Source: a virus. From it: a DNA stretch of 49,492 nt. The stretch is from IMG/VR virus record IMGVR_UViG_3300045988_041301, positions 1 to 49,492 of that record. One strand, 5' to 3'. The translations under genes and the position numbers were made by a program. Shown here piece by piece: positions 18,276 to 27,531 of this stretch (position 1 is the first letter of the stretch; each line of letters begins with the position of its first letter). A model generated the notes under the pieces. The model was not told the DNA's origin and did no database searches. It saw only the letters and a program-made list of their open reading frames with translations.

Positions 18276-19716
18276 TGAATATCACCCCTTCCAGGTCAAT
18301 TCCTTTTTTGCGTCCGTACTCCAAGACTTCAGCCATATCGTCAACCTGACGCCGCCAATCCCGGCCACTCTCGGCCGCGATCTGTTTAAATGTCTTCTGT
18401 CCTGTCTGCATGGCTGTTTTTGTTGCGGATGATTCCTTAAGCGGATCAATCCATTTTTTCGGCTGTTTAATCCATTCGTGCTTCAGATACTTGTCCTTCT
18501 TAAGCCAGAAGTCCTTAATCTGAACCAGTCCGGCCAGCACGCAGCTGATTACGAATGTTTCATAGATTTCATCCAGGGCTGTCATGAGTCTTTCTTCTTC
18601 TTCCGCGTAGGTCAGTTCATCCTCTATGGCTCCCTGCCTTGCGGATGCGTAGTTAGTTTCGCTCATATCGCGGGACGTTGCCTCGTAGCTGAGTCCCTGT
18701 CCCGCTCCAATCATCCTCTGATGGAGCTTTGTGAAGCTGGCCGCATCAGTGGCCTGCCCGGTTGGGTTAACCACCTGAACCTCATCGCCTGCATTCAGCT
18801 CCTTGATCATTCCAGGAGTCAGGGTTTTTCCGTCGTATTCTTTCTGTCCTGCATTTCCACTGTTGCTTCCGGAACGGCCCATGCCAACCGGAGGCAGCTG
18901 CTTCTTAATGAAGACTGAAAGACAGGCGGCGATCCTTTCTTTTACGGATACAGCCGTCATGAATTCATTGGTATCCCTCACCCTTGGAACGGTGCAGGCC
19001 ATGTCGGACATCTCCCTGATCTGCGATGGCCGCCTCTTCTCAAAAATGAAGATCATATCTTTCGCCGGGATATATACCGGTTCAGCGATGGTGTAGCCAT
19101 CAATCTGATACTGCCTGATCCAGTAACCAACAGGGCGGTTATGCCGGTTATATTCGATACCTCCGACCACCCGGTTTCCCTTCTCATTCGGACCGGTCTG
19201 CATGTTATCCAACTCATCAACCTCTAAGGCCTGGAGTTTGAATGGGATCATGCCATCCTTGGTGTACCGTTTCAGGATCAGGATGCCTCCGTCCACTTTC
19301 TTTCTGCGAACGATCATTCTTAAGATGTCGTTCATACTCTGTGTTCCAGTGACATCACAGTTCCTTGGTTTGCACCACTGTATCCATAACTCTTCCAGCT
19401 GCTTATTCAGTGAACTGTTAGTGGTTGCCGCCTGGATCTGGTATCCATGGCCGACCACGTTCCGCTTATAGGACAGGATCACTGAATTCATGATGTCGGA
19501 GTTTCTTTCCAGGTCTCTCGCCCTGGCCCGGACCGTCTCACGACTCATCCGGTCTGTAATTTCTGCGGAATTATTCGTAGCTCGCCAGCCGGCATTCAGT
19601 CGGCCGTAGTTCCCTGCGTCATAATTCCGAAGCTCATCTGCATAATTTCTCCACGCTGCTCTTTTCGCGCCCAGTTTCGGGGATATGAAAGATATTGCTG
19701 AATCTAACCAGTTCAT
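18157..19716 (-). CDS. Portal protein (lambda-type)
   Basis: 519 aa directly after the gpW-like and GpA-type terminase genes, with an acidic C-terminal tail. Confidence 0.85.
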   Translation of the reverse strand: MNWLDSAISFISPKLGAKRAAWRNYADELRNYDAGNYGRLNAGWRATNNSAEITDRMSRETVRARARDLERNSDIMNSVILSYKRNVVGHGYQIQAATTNSSLNKQLEELWIQWCKPRNCDVTGTQSMNDILRMIVRRKKVDGGILILKRYTKDGMIPFKLQALEVDELDNMQTGPNEKGNRVVGGIEYNRHNRPVGYWIRQYQIDGYTIAEPVYIPAKDMIFIFEKRRPSQIREMSDMACTVPRVRDTNEFMTAVSVKERIAACLSVFIKKQLPPVGMGRSGSNSGNAGQKEYDGKTLTPGMIKELNAGDEVQVVNPTGQATDAASFTKLHQRMIGAGQGLSYEATSRDMSETNYASARQGAIEDELTYAEEEERLMTALDEIYETFVISCVLAGLVQIKDFWLKKDKYLKHEWIKQPKKWIDPLKESSATKTAMQTGQKTFKQIAAESGRDWRRQVDDMAEVLEYGRKKGIDLEGVIFNAKSKEKDPEKEDAAGQEPSSEEGGGGDTTAGGSEAAKE

Positions 19717-19718
19717 CC

Positions 19719-19949
19719 TTACCTCCCGTCAAAAAACGCGACATAGGTATTGTCCAGGAGGCTGCTGCTTCCTTCGGCATTCACCTCTGCCTGCAGTTCT
19801 TTCTTCATTGTGCGGAGCATGGAGAGGTCAGCTCTGGTCAGCTTACGGCTACCGATCTGATAGCTCTGTCCGCCGATCAGAACCTTTGTGATAGCTTCAT
19901 TGACCTGCTGCAGCATTTCCGCAGCTGTCATCTGTCCTTCTTCTGCCAT
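19719..19949 (-). CDS. Head-tail joining protein W-like
   Basis: 76 aa between the terminase and portal genes. The pattern GGQSYQIGSRKLTRADLSMLRTMKKEL resembles gpW. Confidence 0.55.
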   Translation of the reverse strand: MAEEGQMTAAEMLQQVNEAITKVLIGGQSYQIGSRKLTRADLSMLRTMKKELQAEVNAEGSSSLLDNTYVAFFDGR

Positions 19950-19961
19950 TCTCTTTCCTCC

Positions 19962-21815
19962 TTATACCCAGTGTTCATTTGCCCGGATCCAGTTTTCTTC
20001 CGGAGTTTCCTGCTGTTCTTCCTGCTGTCTCTGAAGCTGTTCTTTTCGCTCAGCTTCCACCTGCAGATGAAGCATACGGACTCCGAGGATATCCGCAGCG
20101 GCCAGGCTGTACACCTCACAGTCAAGATAGTGGTTATCTATGTGCGAATGTTTCGGTCTCCATCGCTGCACTATTCTGGATCCTGATTTTTCATTGACTT
20201 TATGCTCGGAAGTAACCTGTTCGGCATACTCCCGGTCGCACCCCTCATAAACCATCCAGGCGCCTTTTCCATTATCCTTCCGCATCCTGGACGCGATCAT
20301 GTCCTTGTACTTGTCGCCATCGACCAGAACCAGGTTCATCCCGTATGCCTTGCTGTCAACCTTGTTAATCTTCGAGGTTTTGAAGTGCGACATCATCGGA
20401 TTACTGGCGCCTTTGACGGGCATGGCCCATTCGGAATTTGTCGCACAGAAGTCGTAGGTGCTGTCTGCGTCGTATCCTGAATCGATCAGACACAGGGAAA
20501 CGATGACCTGTTCCCCGGATTCTGTGAGGTACGGGGTGTTCATGGTGCTTTCAATGTCCTGAAACGATAACGCCTGACCATGCGCGATGTTTTGGCTGGT
20601 GATATACGGCCCCCAGGCTCGTATCGTCCAGTACAGACAGGTTTCCTGAACATCCACTCCTGCAGTCAGGTATCTGGCCCAGGAAGGGACTACAAGCTGC
20701 GGCAGGTCTGTCTGCCTCTCCATGACCATGTCTGCGTCCGTCTTTAACTTTGTGTCCTCCCATGGCTCTGCCAGCCAGGAGTTTACAAAGTTCTGAAGAA
20801 GATCGGGGTTATCCTTGCTGTCAAGGAATTCCTTCACGATTTCAGAGAATCGGACGAACGGTGAGTACAGTGTGTTAATCCAGAAAGCGACTTTCTTGCT
20901 TGCTTTCGTGTTCCTGCGGACCTCCCGCCACTCTCCGTACCGGATCATGTTGTCACGATCCTGATCAGTGATCTTGCAACCGCATTCCTGGCAGACGTAG
21001 ACGGCCATATCGGCACGTTCTGAATTATCCAGATCGTCTCCGCTTGGAAAGCGCAGGTTACTGAATTTCAGTTCTATGTACTCCCCACAATGCGGGCATG
21101 GTACAAAGTAATGCTTTTCAATGTCCGCGCCTTGCAGGGCCTGCCAGATATGCCCGGTCTGCAAAGTAGGGGTGCTTGTCATGTATATCTTTCTCTGATT
21201 CGTGAACGTCTTGGTACGTTCCCTGGCCAGCCTGATAGGGTCCGCTTCCTTTTTGCTGGCTCCTGGGTATTTATCTACCTCATCAAGAAAAAGATATTTG
21301 ATTGCCTTCGATGCCAGTGCGGATGGGCTGTTGGCACCGTTAAGGCTCAGATACATTCCATCGAACTGAAGCTCCAGTTTCGATGATTCGTTTTCGTTGT
21401 ACAGCTTACGCAGTGGCTTGCTGGCTCTGATCATTGGCTCCAGTCGGTTCTTGCTTATGCTCTCCGCCAGGGTATCTGTCGGGTATACGATAAGCGTCGG
21501 TGACGGGTCCTGCTGAATGACATAGCCGAGCATATTCTGCATTGCCTCGGTTCCGCCTACCTGGGACGGCTTACAGAAGATGATTTCTTCTGTGTCGTAA
21601 TTGATAAATTCATCCATGATCTCCTTCAGATATGGAGTCTTCTCATTTCGCCAGGGACCAGGCATGGCCGATGTTTTTGAGTCCAGCATTCTGTACTTCT
21701 CGGCCCACTCGGATACTGTGAGGTTTTCCGGAGGCTGCAGCTGCCGCATGGCCTCCTTCTGGTATTCCGCAACGCTATATTTGCGGATCTGAATTCTTTT
21801 TCTTTTTAGTTCCAT
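19962..21815 (-). CDS. Terminase large subunit (GpA family)
   Basis: 617 aa with N-terminal PPENLTVSEWAEKYR, a Walker-like KPSQVGGTE motif and the zinc motif CPHCGEYIELKF. Confidence 0.9.
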   Translation of the reverse strand: MELKRKRIQIRKYSVAEYQKEAMRQLQPPENLTVSEWAEKYRMLDSKTSAMPGPWRNEKTPYLKEIMDEFINYDTEEIIFCKPSQVGGTEAMQNMLGYVIQQDPSPTLIVYPTDTLAESISKNRLEPMIRASKPLRKLYNENESSKLELQFDGMYLSLNGANSPSALASKAIKYLFLDEVDKYPGASKKEADPIRLARERTKTFTNQRKIYMTSTPTLQTGHIWQALQGADIEKHYFVPCPHCGEYIELKFSNLRFPSGDDLDNSERADMAVYVCQECGCKITDQDRDNMIRYGEWREVRRNTKASKKVAFWINTLYSPFVRFSEIVKEFLDSKDNPDLLQNFVNSWLAEPWEDTKLKTDADMVMERQTDLPQLVVPSWARYLTAGVDVQETCLYWTIRAWGPYITSQNIAHGQALSFQDIESTMNTPYLTESGEQVIVSLCLIDSGYDADSTYDFCATNSEWAMPVKGASNPMMSHFKTSKINKVDSKAYGMNLVLVDGDKYKDMIASRMRKDNGKGAWMVYEGCDREYAEQVTSEHKVNEKSGSRIVQRWRPKHSHIDNHYLDCEVYSLAAADILGVRMLHLQVEAERKEQLQRQQEEQQETPEENWIRANEHWV

Positions 21816-22362
21816 CTACATCTTCCGGGCCCACGACGCCAGCAACTACGAAGGCGCCCAGGAGCCGATTGACCTCGCTGGCCAGTTCCTTTTCCAGATG
21901 CCGGGCTTCCGTTGGGTCTATGCCACCTGAAAGCATCCCGATGATTCTGGACGGGAGCGATGTTGCGAACTTCTTAAAAGCAACGAAAAACTTTGCATAA
22001 TCGAGCTTTACTTCCTCGATGGAAATGTACTTACCAGCTGCGATCTCGGTCTTTAACCGGTGCAGCTCTCCCTGGGATTCTTTGAGAGCAACGTCAGCCT
22101 TCATCTTTTGCTCTCTGAGTTCCACTTCCTTTTCTGAGCGTCCAGCTTTCCCGTATGCCTTTTCAGACAGGTACTTGATGTAGCTCTGGATTGTTGGAAC
22201 CAGGTCATATCTGCGGACCGTATGACCGTCTTCCAGGATCTTTGTGGTGGATATAATTCCCTCCTGAGTCAACTGCTGCACTCTCCGGACGCTGACCCCG
22301 AAAAGCTGAGCAATTACTTCTGTTCTGTAGAGGCTTCCTTTGACTTCACCGTTCTCGGCCAT
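21775..22362 (-). CDS. Terminase small subunit (HTH, Nu1-like)
   Basis: The N-terminal HTH is IAQLFGVSVRRVQQLTQEGII, followed by RRYDLVPTIQSYIKYL. I use ATG 22362; the track uses TTG 22365. A G9 run lies 7 nt upstream. Confidence 0.65.
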   Translation of the reverse strand: MAENGEVKGSLYRTEVIAQLFGVSVRRVQQLTQEGIISTTKILEDGHTVRRYDLVPTIQSYIKYLSEKAYGKAGRSEKEVELREQKMKADVALKESQGELHRLKTEIAAGKYISIEEVKLDYAKFFVAFKKFATSLPSRIIGMLSGGIDPTEARHLEKELASEVNRLLGAFVVAGVVGPEDVDGTKKKKNSDPQI

Positions 22363-22398
22363 CAAAATACCCCCCCCCTAGCAACATTGACTCTTCAC

Positions 22399-23763
22399 TC
22401 ATAGCTGCAGGTTCAGGCCTGGATCCGATAAGCGGATGGCCTTTTCCCCTGTATATTCTTCCCACCTGCGGACGATTACGTCACAGAACTTCTCGTCAAG
22501 CTCCATCAGGTAAGCTGTGCGGTTCAGCTGCTCCGCTGCCATGAGGGTGGAACCACCGCCTCCGAACAGGTCAGTGACATTCCATCCTGGTTTACTGGAA
22601 TTCTTCATAAGTCTTCCGATCAGCGGTACCGGCTTCATGGTTGGATGGATGTCGTTTCTTAAAGGTTTATTCTCAAATAAGACCGTAGTCTGATCTTTGA
22701 ACGCCTCCCGAATCTGTTCGATGTATGTAATCAGGTCTTTTTTCTTCATGGATTCGAGATCCAGTTCCTCATCCATGAAAACCGTAGCCTGTGTACGGTC
22801 ATTAATGAAATAATGACCAGCGCCTTCCTTCCACCCGTATAGAACAGGTTCGTGAATCCACTGGTAATCACTCCGGCCTAATACAAATGAGTTCTTTTCC
22901 CATATCAGGCACTCGCTCAGCTTCAGACCAGCTTCTCTGAATGCCCGCCTGAAAGTTTCGCCGTGTGAATCGGAGTGAAATACATAAATCGCGGCGCCTG
23001 GCTGCATGATGCTGACTGCTGAGCTATAAGCGTCAAAGAGAAAGTCGTGGAAGCTTTCCTCGTCCATGTCGTCATTCTGAATAGATGACTGTCCCTGTCC
23101 CCTTCCGGAATCTTTCATAAATTCCGTTTTTCCACCATAATTGACGTTATACGGAGGGTCTGTGATGATAAGATCTGCCATTTCTCCGGCCATCAGTTCC
23201 GCTATATCGGACTGAGATGTGCTGTCTCCGCACATTAACCGGTGGCGGCCTAAAAGCCAGATATCTCCCCTCTTAGTAACCGGTTCGATGATCTTTTCAT
23301 ATTCTTCTTCCGGATTGAAGTCATCATCTTCGGCTTTGGCATCCTTCTCAAGGTCAACACAGAGATCTTCCAGCTCGCTCGTGGAGAATCCGGTTGCTGC
23401 CAGATCGTATTCATTCAGCTCTAAATCAAGAAGCAGATCTCTGAGTTTCAGTTCATCCCAGCGGCCAGTGATCTTGTTCAGGGCCACGTTGGCCTGTTTC
23501 TCTTTTCCTTTGTCTCTGATATTGAGAACAACAACCTCTGCTTCCTCAATTCCGAGGTCCATCATAACTGTGCGGCGCTGATGGCCCTTTATAATGGTTC
23601 CGTCGTAGTTGATTACTATGGGATCCAGATATCCGTTCTCTTCAATGCTGCATTTTATGTCCTGATATTCTTTGTCCTCCGGTTGGAGCGGAACCCTTGG
23701 GTTGTATTCCGCAGGTTTCAGGTCTGAAAGCCTCCGGCGCTCCATTTTCATGCAATCTCCCAT
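22399..23763 (-). CDS. ParB-like nuclease domain fused to a DNA methyltransferase
   Basis: The start is ATG 23763 with an AGGAAGGAGG RBS. The ParB-like N-terminus carries IIKGHQRR and the methyltransferase motif IV is IITDPPYNVNY. Confidence 0.85.
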   Translation of the reverse strand: MGDCMKMERRRLSDLKPAEYNPRVPLQPEDKEYQDIKCSIEENGYLDPIVINYDGTIIKGHQRRTVMMDLGIEEAEVVVLNIRDKGKEKQANVALNKITGRWDELKLRDLLLDLELNEYDLAATGFSTSELEDLCVDLEKDAKAEDDDFNPEEEYEKIIEPVTKRGDIWLLGRHRLMCGDSTSQSDIAELMAGEMADLIITDPPYNVNYGGKTEFMKDSGRGQGQSSIQNDDMDEESFHDFLFDAYSSAVSIMQPGAAIYVFHSDSHGETFRRAFREAGLKLSECLIWEKNSFVLGRSDYQWIHEPVLYGWKEGAGHYFINDRTQATVFMDEELDLESMKKKDLITYIEQIREAFKDQTTVLFENKPLRNDIHPTMKPVPLIGRLMKNSSKPGWNVTDLFGGGGSTLMAAEQLNRTAYLMELDEKFCDVIVRRWEEYTGEKAIRLSDPGLNLQL

Positions 23764-23940
23764 GGTTTTTCCTCCTTCCTGGGGGATTCTCGGGCAAGCG
23801 TAACGAAATAAGGAAAAAATTTTTGCTCGCATCCGGGAAAGAACCGGGCCTTCCCCGCCCCGTGGGCCGTAGGGGGCCTGGGTAGTACCTAAGCCCTGCC
23901 GCACTGGCCGGGTGGCCTTCTTCCACAGATGTCTGAAAGC

Positions 23941-23972
23941 AAAACAAAAGAGACAGCCTCTCGACTGTCTCT
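23941..23972 (-). terminator. Strong intrinsic terminator upstream of the late operon
   Basis: The minus strand reads AGAGACAG-tcgagagg-CTGTCTCT followed by TTTGTTTT. This is an 8-bp stem, an 8-nt loop and a T tail. Confidence 0.75.
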
Positions 23973-24100
23973 CTCTACGAGCTGGTGGGCCGGGGTGTTG
24001 CCCTGCCTTGCTCGTCCTCTCTCACTCTCTTGCCACGCTACCACTATAGCACAGTTGGATGTCTCAGTGTGTCTCATGTTTAAGAGGGTGATCCTCTGCA

Positions 24101-24384
24101 CCTGCGCTTCCTGCTGCCTGGCCCCTGGCCTGCCTCGTCCCTCTGCTGCCTCGCTTGCCCTGCGTGCCGTGTGGCTCTGTCTGCTGTGCGTGGTGTGTGT
24201 GCCTGGTCTGCTGTGTCTCCCTGCTTCCTGACTGGCCCTGCGCTCTGGCCCTGGCATGCCCTGCCTCACTGTGCCTGTGCTGTCTGTCCTTGCCCTGGCT
24301 GTTGTGTGGCCTGGCCTGTCCTGACTGGACTTGTTCCCTGCTGCCTGGCCCCTGCTGCCTTCTCCCTCTGCTCTGGCTGCGGCT
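24101..24384. other. Strand-asymmetric tract almost free of A on the + strand (T/U on the - strand), non-coding
   Basis: Direct count gives 0 A in 24101..24230 (130 nt) and 5 A in 24101..24384 (284 nt). The tract is rich in CTG, CCTG and GCC words. An exact 18-nt repeat lies at 24110..24127 and 24337..24354. Confidence 0.9.
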
Positions 24385-24580
24385 ATCCATCTGAAGGTAA
24401 GCCCTGTATATTCCTGGGCGGATATCTGGCCCCGTCTACCGGAGTGTCTTCTTTTGTACGCCTGGCTCTGACCCATGGCCTACTGTGTTCCCTGCATGGC
24501 GTTCTGCTGGTGCTGTGCTGCAGCTACGGTCTTGAGCTGCTGCCCTGTTACTGCCTACTGCCCTGCCTGCTTCACTCCGG

Positions 24581-24610
24581 AATAAAAGCCCGGATGCACC
24601 GAGCTTTTAT
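24581..24610 (-). terminator. Hairpin terminator after the sigma-like gene
   Basis: The minus strand reads AGCTCGG-tgcat-CCGGGCT (7 bp with one G-U pair) followed by TTTATT. T-rich sequence flanks both sides, so it may work in both directions. Confidence 0.55.
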
Positions 24611-24659
24611 TTTCCTGAAAAAATTCCTGAAAATATTTTCCGGGTTATACCCCCGGGTG

Positions 24660-25184
24660 TCACTTTTTCCAGAATTTTTTCCTGGCCATTTTCTGAGCCA
24701 GATGTTTCTGGTAAACTGCCCTGTTCTCATCTACGATATCCAGGACTCCATCCTGCTGCAGGAGATAGTTAAGCGCTGCATTGTAACGCTTATTGCACTG
24801 GCTCCGGCTCATGTAGATGCCATCCGCTATGTCCTTCCAGTCTTCCATGTCCAGATGCCTGCGTTCCATGATCTCTCGTTCCAGGGACGTCTCCGGCAGC
24901 AGCTCTAATAAGTCCATGGTCTTTTCGATCGAGAGGCTGACGTTGTACTTCTGCTTCTCGATTCTCTCTTCGATGCTGGACTGCTTCACTACCAGGTTGG
25001 CTGTGCCATCGCCATGGTCTCCGGTGGTCCTGCGGCCACGCCCCTGTGCTCCTGGTGCGGATCGCATATCACACTTCAAATTCTCAAGCCTCCGATCCAG
25101 CTGGCCCTTGCGGCGCTTCGCCCGATAGATCTGTTCCAGAACGAACTTCAATATTTCTCTATCTTCTTTTTCGTCCCTGTCCAT
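24660..25184 (-). CDS. Sigma-70 region-4-like / ArpU-RinA-type late transcription regulator
   Basis: The start is ATG 25184 (AAGAGAGG RBS). The C-terminal segment LLELLPETSLEREIMERRHLDMEDWKDIADGIYMSRSQCNKRYNAALNYL has a sigma r4-type HTH pattern. It is the last gene before the late operon. Confidence 0.55.
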   Translation of the reverse strand: MDRDEKEDREILKFVLEQIYRAKRRKGQLDRRLENLKCDMRSAPGAQGRGRRTTGDHGDGTANLVVKQSSIEERIEKQKYNVSLSIEKTMDLLELLPETSLEREIMERRHLDMEDWKDIADGIYMSRSQCNKRYNAALNYLLQQDGVLDIVDENRAVYQKHLAQKMARKKFWKK

Positions 25185-25189
25185 GGGTC

Positions 25190-25438
25190 TTACCTCTCTT
25201 TCCGCTGTGCGAAGAAGTAGCACTTTCCTCCCAGCTGTCTAAATTGCACCAGGTGTCTGTCCTTGTCTTCCCAGTCCTTGATTTCAATCCCTTTTTCGTG
25301 TAAGATGTCCACCGTACTCTCAAGGCTTGCCAGGAGCGCCGGTACCGGCATCTGAAGAAGAAAGTTCTTCAAATATGCCGGCTGACTGAGCGGCGGACGG
25401 AATATCTTCTCAGTTTTCTGTTTCAGTTTCTTCTTCAT
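25190..25438 (-). CDS. Hypothetical protein
   Basis: 82 aa ORF in the operon. Confidence 0.4.
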   Translation of the reverse strand: MKKKLKQKTEKIFRPPLSQPAYLKNFLLQMPVPALLASLESTVDILHEKGIEIKDWEDKDRHLVQFRQLGGKCYFFAQRKER

Positions 25439-25706
25439 GCCATTTCTCCATAATTCTCTGAATGAGCTTGAATGCTGTTTCTGCCTTCAAAAATCCCCGG
25501 ACTTCTCCGTCCGGATACTGCAGCTCGAGAAGATCAAACGCGGACCCATAGCTCGATGAGTGCTCGATCACGCTGATCTGTCGTTCTTCCTCCCATATCT
25601 TCGGGATTCCGATCTGAAAGCCATCATAGAGCTTTTCTGTCTCATACGGAATTTTAGCTTCCTTCAGATAGTCTTCAAGCTCAGAAATTTCTGCGTATTT
25701 TCCCAT
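25410..25706 (-). CDS. Hypothetical protein
   Basis: 98 aa ORF whose start abuts the upstream stop. Confidence 0.5.
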   Translation of the reverse strand: MGKYAEISELEDYLKEAKIPYETEKLYDGFQIGIPKIWEEERQISVIEHSSSYGSAFDLLELQYPDGEVRGFLKAETAFKLIQRIMEKWHEEETETEN

Positions 25707-25963
25707 TATTTTTCCTCCTGGAAGAGCGGATCCAGTGCAGCGCGGATTCTATCCATCACTTTTGGCCCGATTCCTTTCACCTGGTCTAAAGCCGCGTATA
25801 CTTTTTTGATGTCTACGCCAGGAACTGCCGCTTTCCCGTCCTCGAAGCCATATCCGTACAAATCCGCACAGAATCTCGTGAACTGCTGCCGATCGTATTT
25901 CTTGATATCCTTGTACATAGCTCTTGTGATCTCCGGCATGACGCCTTTTCTGTTTCTGTTCAT
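25706..25963 (-). CDS. Small helix-hairpin-helix-like protein
   Basis: 85 aa with a GIGPKVMDRI HhH-like motif. Confidence 0.5.
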   Translation of the reverse strand: MNRNRKGVMPEITRAMYKDIKKYDRQQFTRFCADLYGYGFEDGKAAVPGVDIKKVYAALDQVKGIGPKVMDRIRAALDPLFQEEK

Positions 25964-25974
25964 ACCTTGTCCTC

Positions 25975-26193
25975 CTACATCTTAAACAAGAACGTTGTTC
26001 CGCTCTGAAATGCCATAGCTCTCATTACGATATTTTTAATCGTCTCTCCGGCTCTCTCCATCTGAATCTGAGCTTCCTGGAGTTGCTTTTGGGCTTCTAA
26101 AAGTTTCATGCGGTCCTCATTTGAAAGGCTTTTTACATTTTCGACATCTTCAAGCCAGCCGGATATCACTTTCCCTTCAAGATCACTTAACAT
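25975..26193 (-). CDS. Hypothetical coiled-coil protein
   Basis: 72 aa ORF. Confidence 0.45.
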   Translation of the reverse strand: MLSDLEGKVISGWLEDVENVKSLSNEDRMKLLEAQKQLQEAQIQMERAGETIKNIVMRAMAFQSGTTFLFKM

Positions 26194-26197
26194 GGTG

Positions 26198-26758
26198 TTA
26201 CCTCCTGAGATTCTGTCTGAGATTTCTTACCGCGCTTTCACGTATCGCATCACCAAGTCCGGCCGCAATCTGAGCCCCGATTTCTCTCGTATTCTCATTC
26301 CTGTACTGTTCCACTGCCTGAATGGCTTCCTCTGGCCAGCGTACAAGGATGGCGGTGCCTCCGGCAGCAGTAATCTGCCGGATTGTTTCCTCCTGGAGCT
26401 TCGACGGAACGCCAACCACCGGACGCTTCACCTCGAATCCGTAGTAGTGCCCCTCGTGGATCATTAAGATATCAGGGATCCCGGCTTCACTGAACAGCCC
26501 CTGGCTGATCTTTCTGATAAATGCCTTCGGGTATTTCGCCTTCAGGGCTTTTTTGATTTTGTCCTGATAGTACGGTTCATTTTTAATCTCTTTTCTTAAT
26601 GCTTTCAGCGCTTCCTTTTTCGTCCGGATGCTTCTTGCTTCCATGAAGGATTTTATAAATTCGCTTTCGTCGAAGTTCGGCTCGTATCTCTCTAACACGC
26701 TTCTTTTCCTCCTTTTCCTGTCTCCATCTTTCCAGGAACTCCATCTGTTCCTGATCAT
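26198..26758 (-). CDS. VRR-NUC domain nuclease
   Basis: GIPDILMIHEGHYYGFEVKRP is a PD-(D/E)XK / VRR-NUC motif. The start is uncertain: GTG 26698 has an AAGGAGG RBS. Confidence 0.75.
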   Translation of the reverse strand: MIRNRWSSWKDGDRKRRKRSVLERYEPNFDESEFIKSFMEARSIRTKKEALKALRKEIKNEPYYQDKIKKALKAKYPKAFIRKISQGLFSEAGIPDILMIHEGHYYGFEVKRPVVGVPSKLQEETIRQITAAGGTAILVRWPEEAIQAVEQYRNENTREIGAQIAAGLGDAIRESAVRNLRQNLRR

Positions 26759-26785
26759 CTTTTTCTGTGTTCATGGCGGCTCCTT

Positions 26786-27517
26786 TCAGGCCGGAGCCAT
26801 TGCAGGAGCTTCCTCGAACGCCATCTGATCAGCTGGTGCCGCTGCCTCCTGGCCTGCTTCTTTAAAAATCTGCTTTCTTCCATCCGGGTCTTCCATAAAA
26901 TGACTTGCTTCCTGATCAGCATTGTGAAGAAGAAGTACCAGCGGATACAGTTCGCAGCTGGCGTTGAATGCCTGGATCTCGTTATAGCTGCAGTCTCCCA
27001 TTCCCATATGCCATCTGATTGCATATCTTTCTTCCATGGAGAGTTTCATGAACTCTTCCACCATCATGACGGATTTTTCTCCATGCCCATATGGATTCTT
27101 ATCTTCAACCGCATATGCTGGCACCACCTGCCAGTCAAACCTGCCGCCGGCATCTCTCTTGGATCCTTTGTCGTTATACACTTTTTTGTTCCGATATTCG
27201 ACTGTATAGAAGTTGGTCTTGCAGATATCATGGAGCAGGGAGACTACAGCCAGAGTTCCCTGGCTAAAGGACGCCACACTCTTTCCGGCTACCATGTAGT
27301 GATACTCTCCATCATCCAGCATCTGCAGTCTTCCGATCAGCGCGTCGTAGACATTCAGGCTGTGCTGCAACAGGCCACCCTCGCATGATAAATGAAAGCG
27401 GGTGCTTGCCGGAGCTGTATAAAAGTCACTTTTTCTGATGTAATTCATTAACCGGTCAAATCCCGGGCGATCTGATACGCTCTGCATCAATTCTTCAAAT
27501 CTTTCTTTGTCTGTCAT
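26786..27517 (-). CDS. HD-domain phosphohydrolase
   Basis: RFHLSCEGGLLQHSLNV, VSLLHDICK and GHGEKS form an HD superfamily pattern. The RBS is GGGAGGATG. Confidence 0.8.
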   Translation of the reverse strand: MTDKERFEELMQSVSDRPGFDRLMNYIRKSDFYTAPASTRFHLSCEGGLLQHSLNVYDALIGRLQMLDDGEYHYMVAGKSVASFSQGTLAVVSLLHDICKTNFYTVEYRNKKVYNDKGSKRDAGGRFDWQVVPAYAVEDKNPYGHGEKSVMMVEEFMKLSMEERYAIRWHMGMGDCSYNEIQAFNASCELYPLVLLLHNADQEASHFMEDPDGRKQIFKEAGQEAAAPADQMAFEEAPAMAPA

Positions 27518-27531
27518 GTCTTCATCCTCCC

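Noticed and set aside
23889-24908. A stack of long overlapping track ORFs in several frames on both strands (195, 108, 79, 245 aa), giving Cys-rich or Arg/Gln/Gly-rich translations
   Set aside because: They exist only because the tract lacks A (+ strand) and T (- strand), so stop codons cannot occur. None has an RBS or a plausible start context. The 245-aa ORF also runs antisense through the sigma-like gene. I treat the tract as a compositional element, not as genes.
26583-26774. 63-aa ORF with a good RBS (GAAAGGAG) overlapping the 5' part of the VRR-NUC ORF in another frame, considered as a separate gene or a frameshift site
   Set aside because: I saw no slippery sequence, and beyond the first ~25 residues its translation is low-complexity Lys/Arg/Glu. 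More likely the VRR-NUC start (ATG 26758 or GTG 26698) is simply ambiguous. This remains unresolved.
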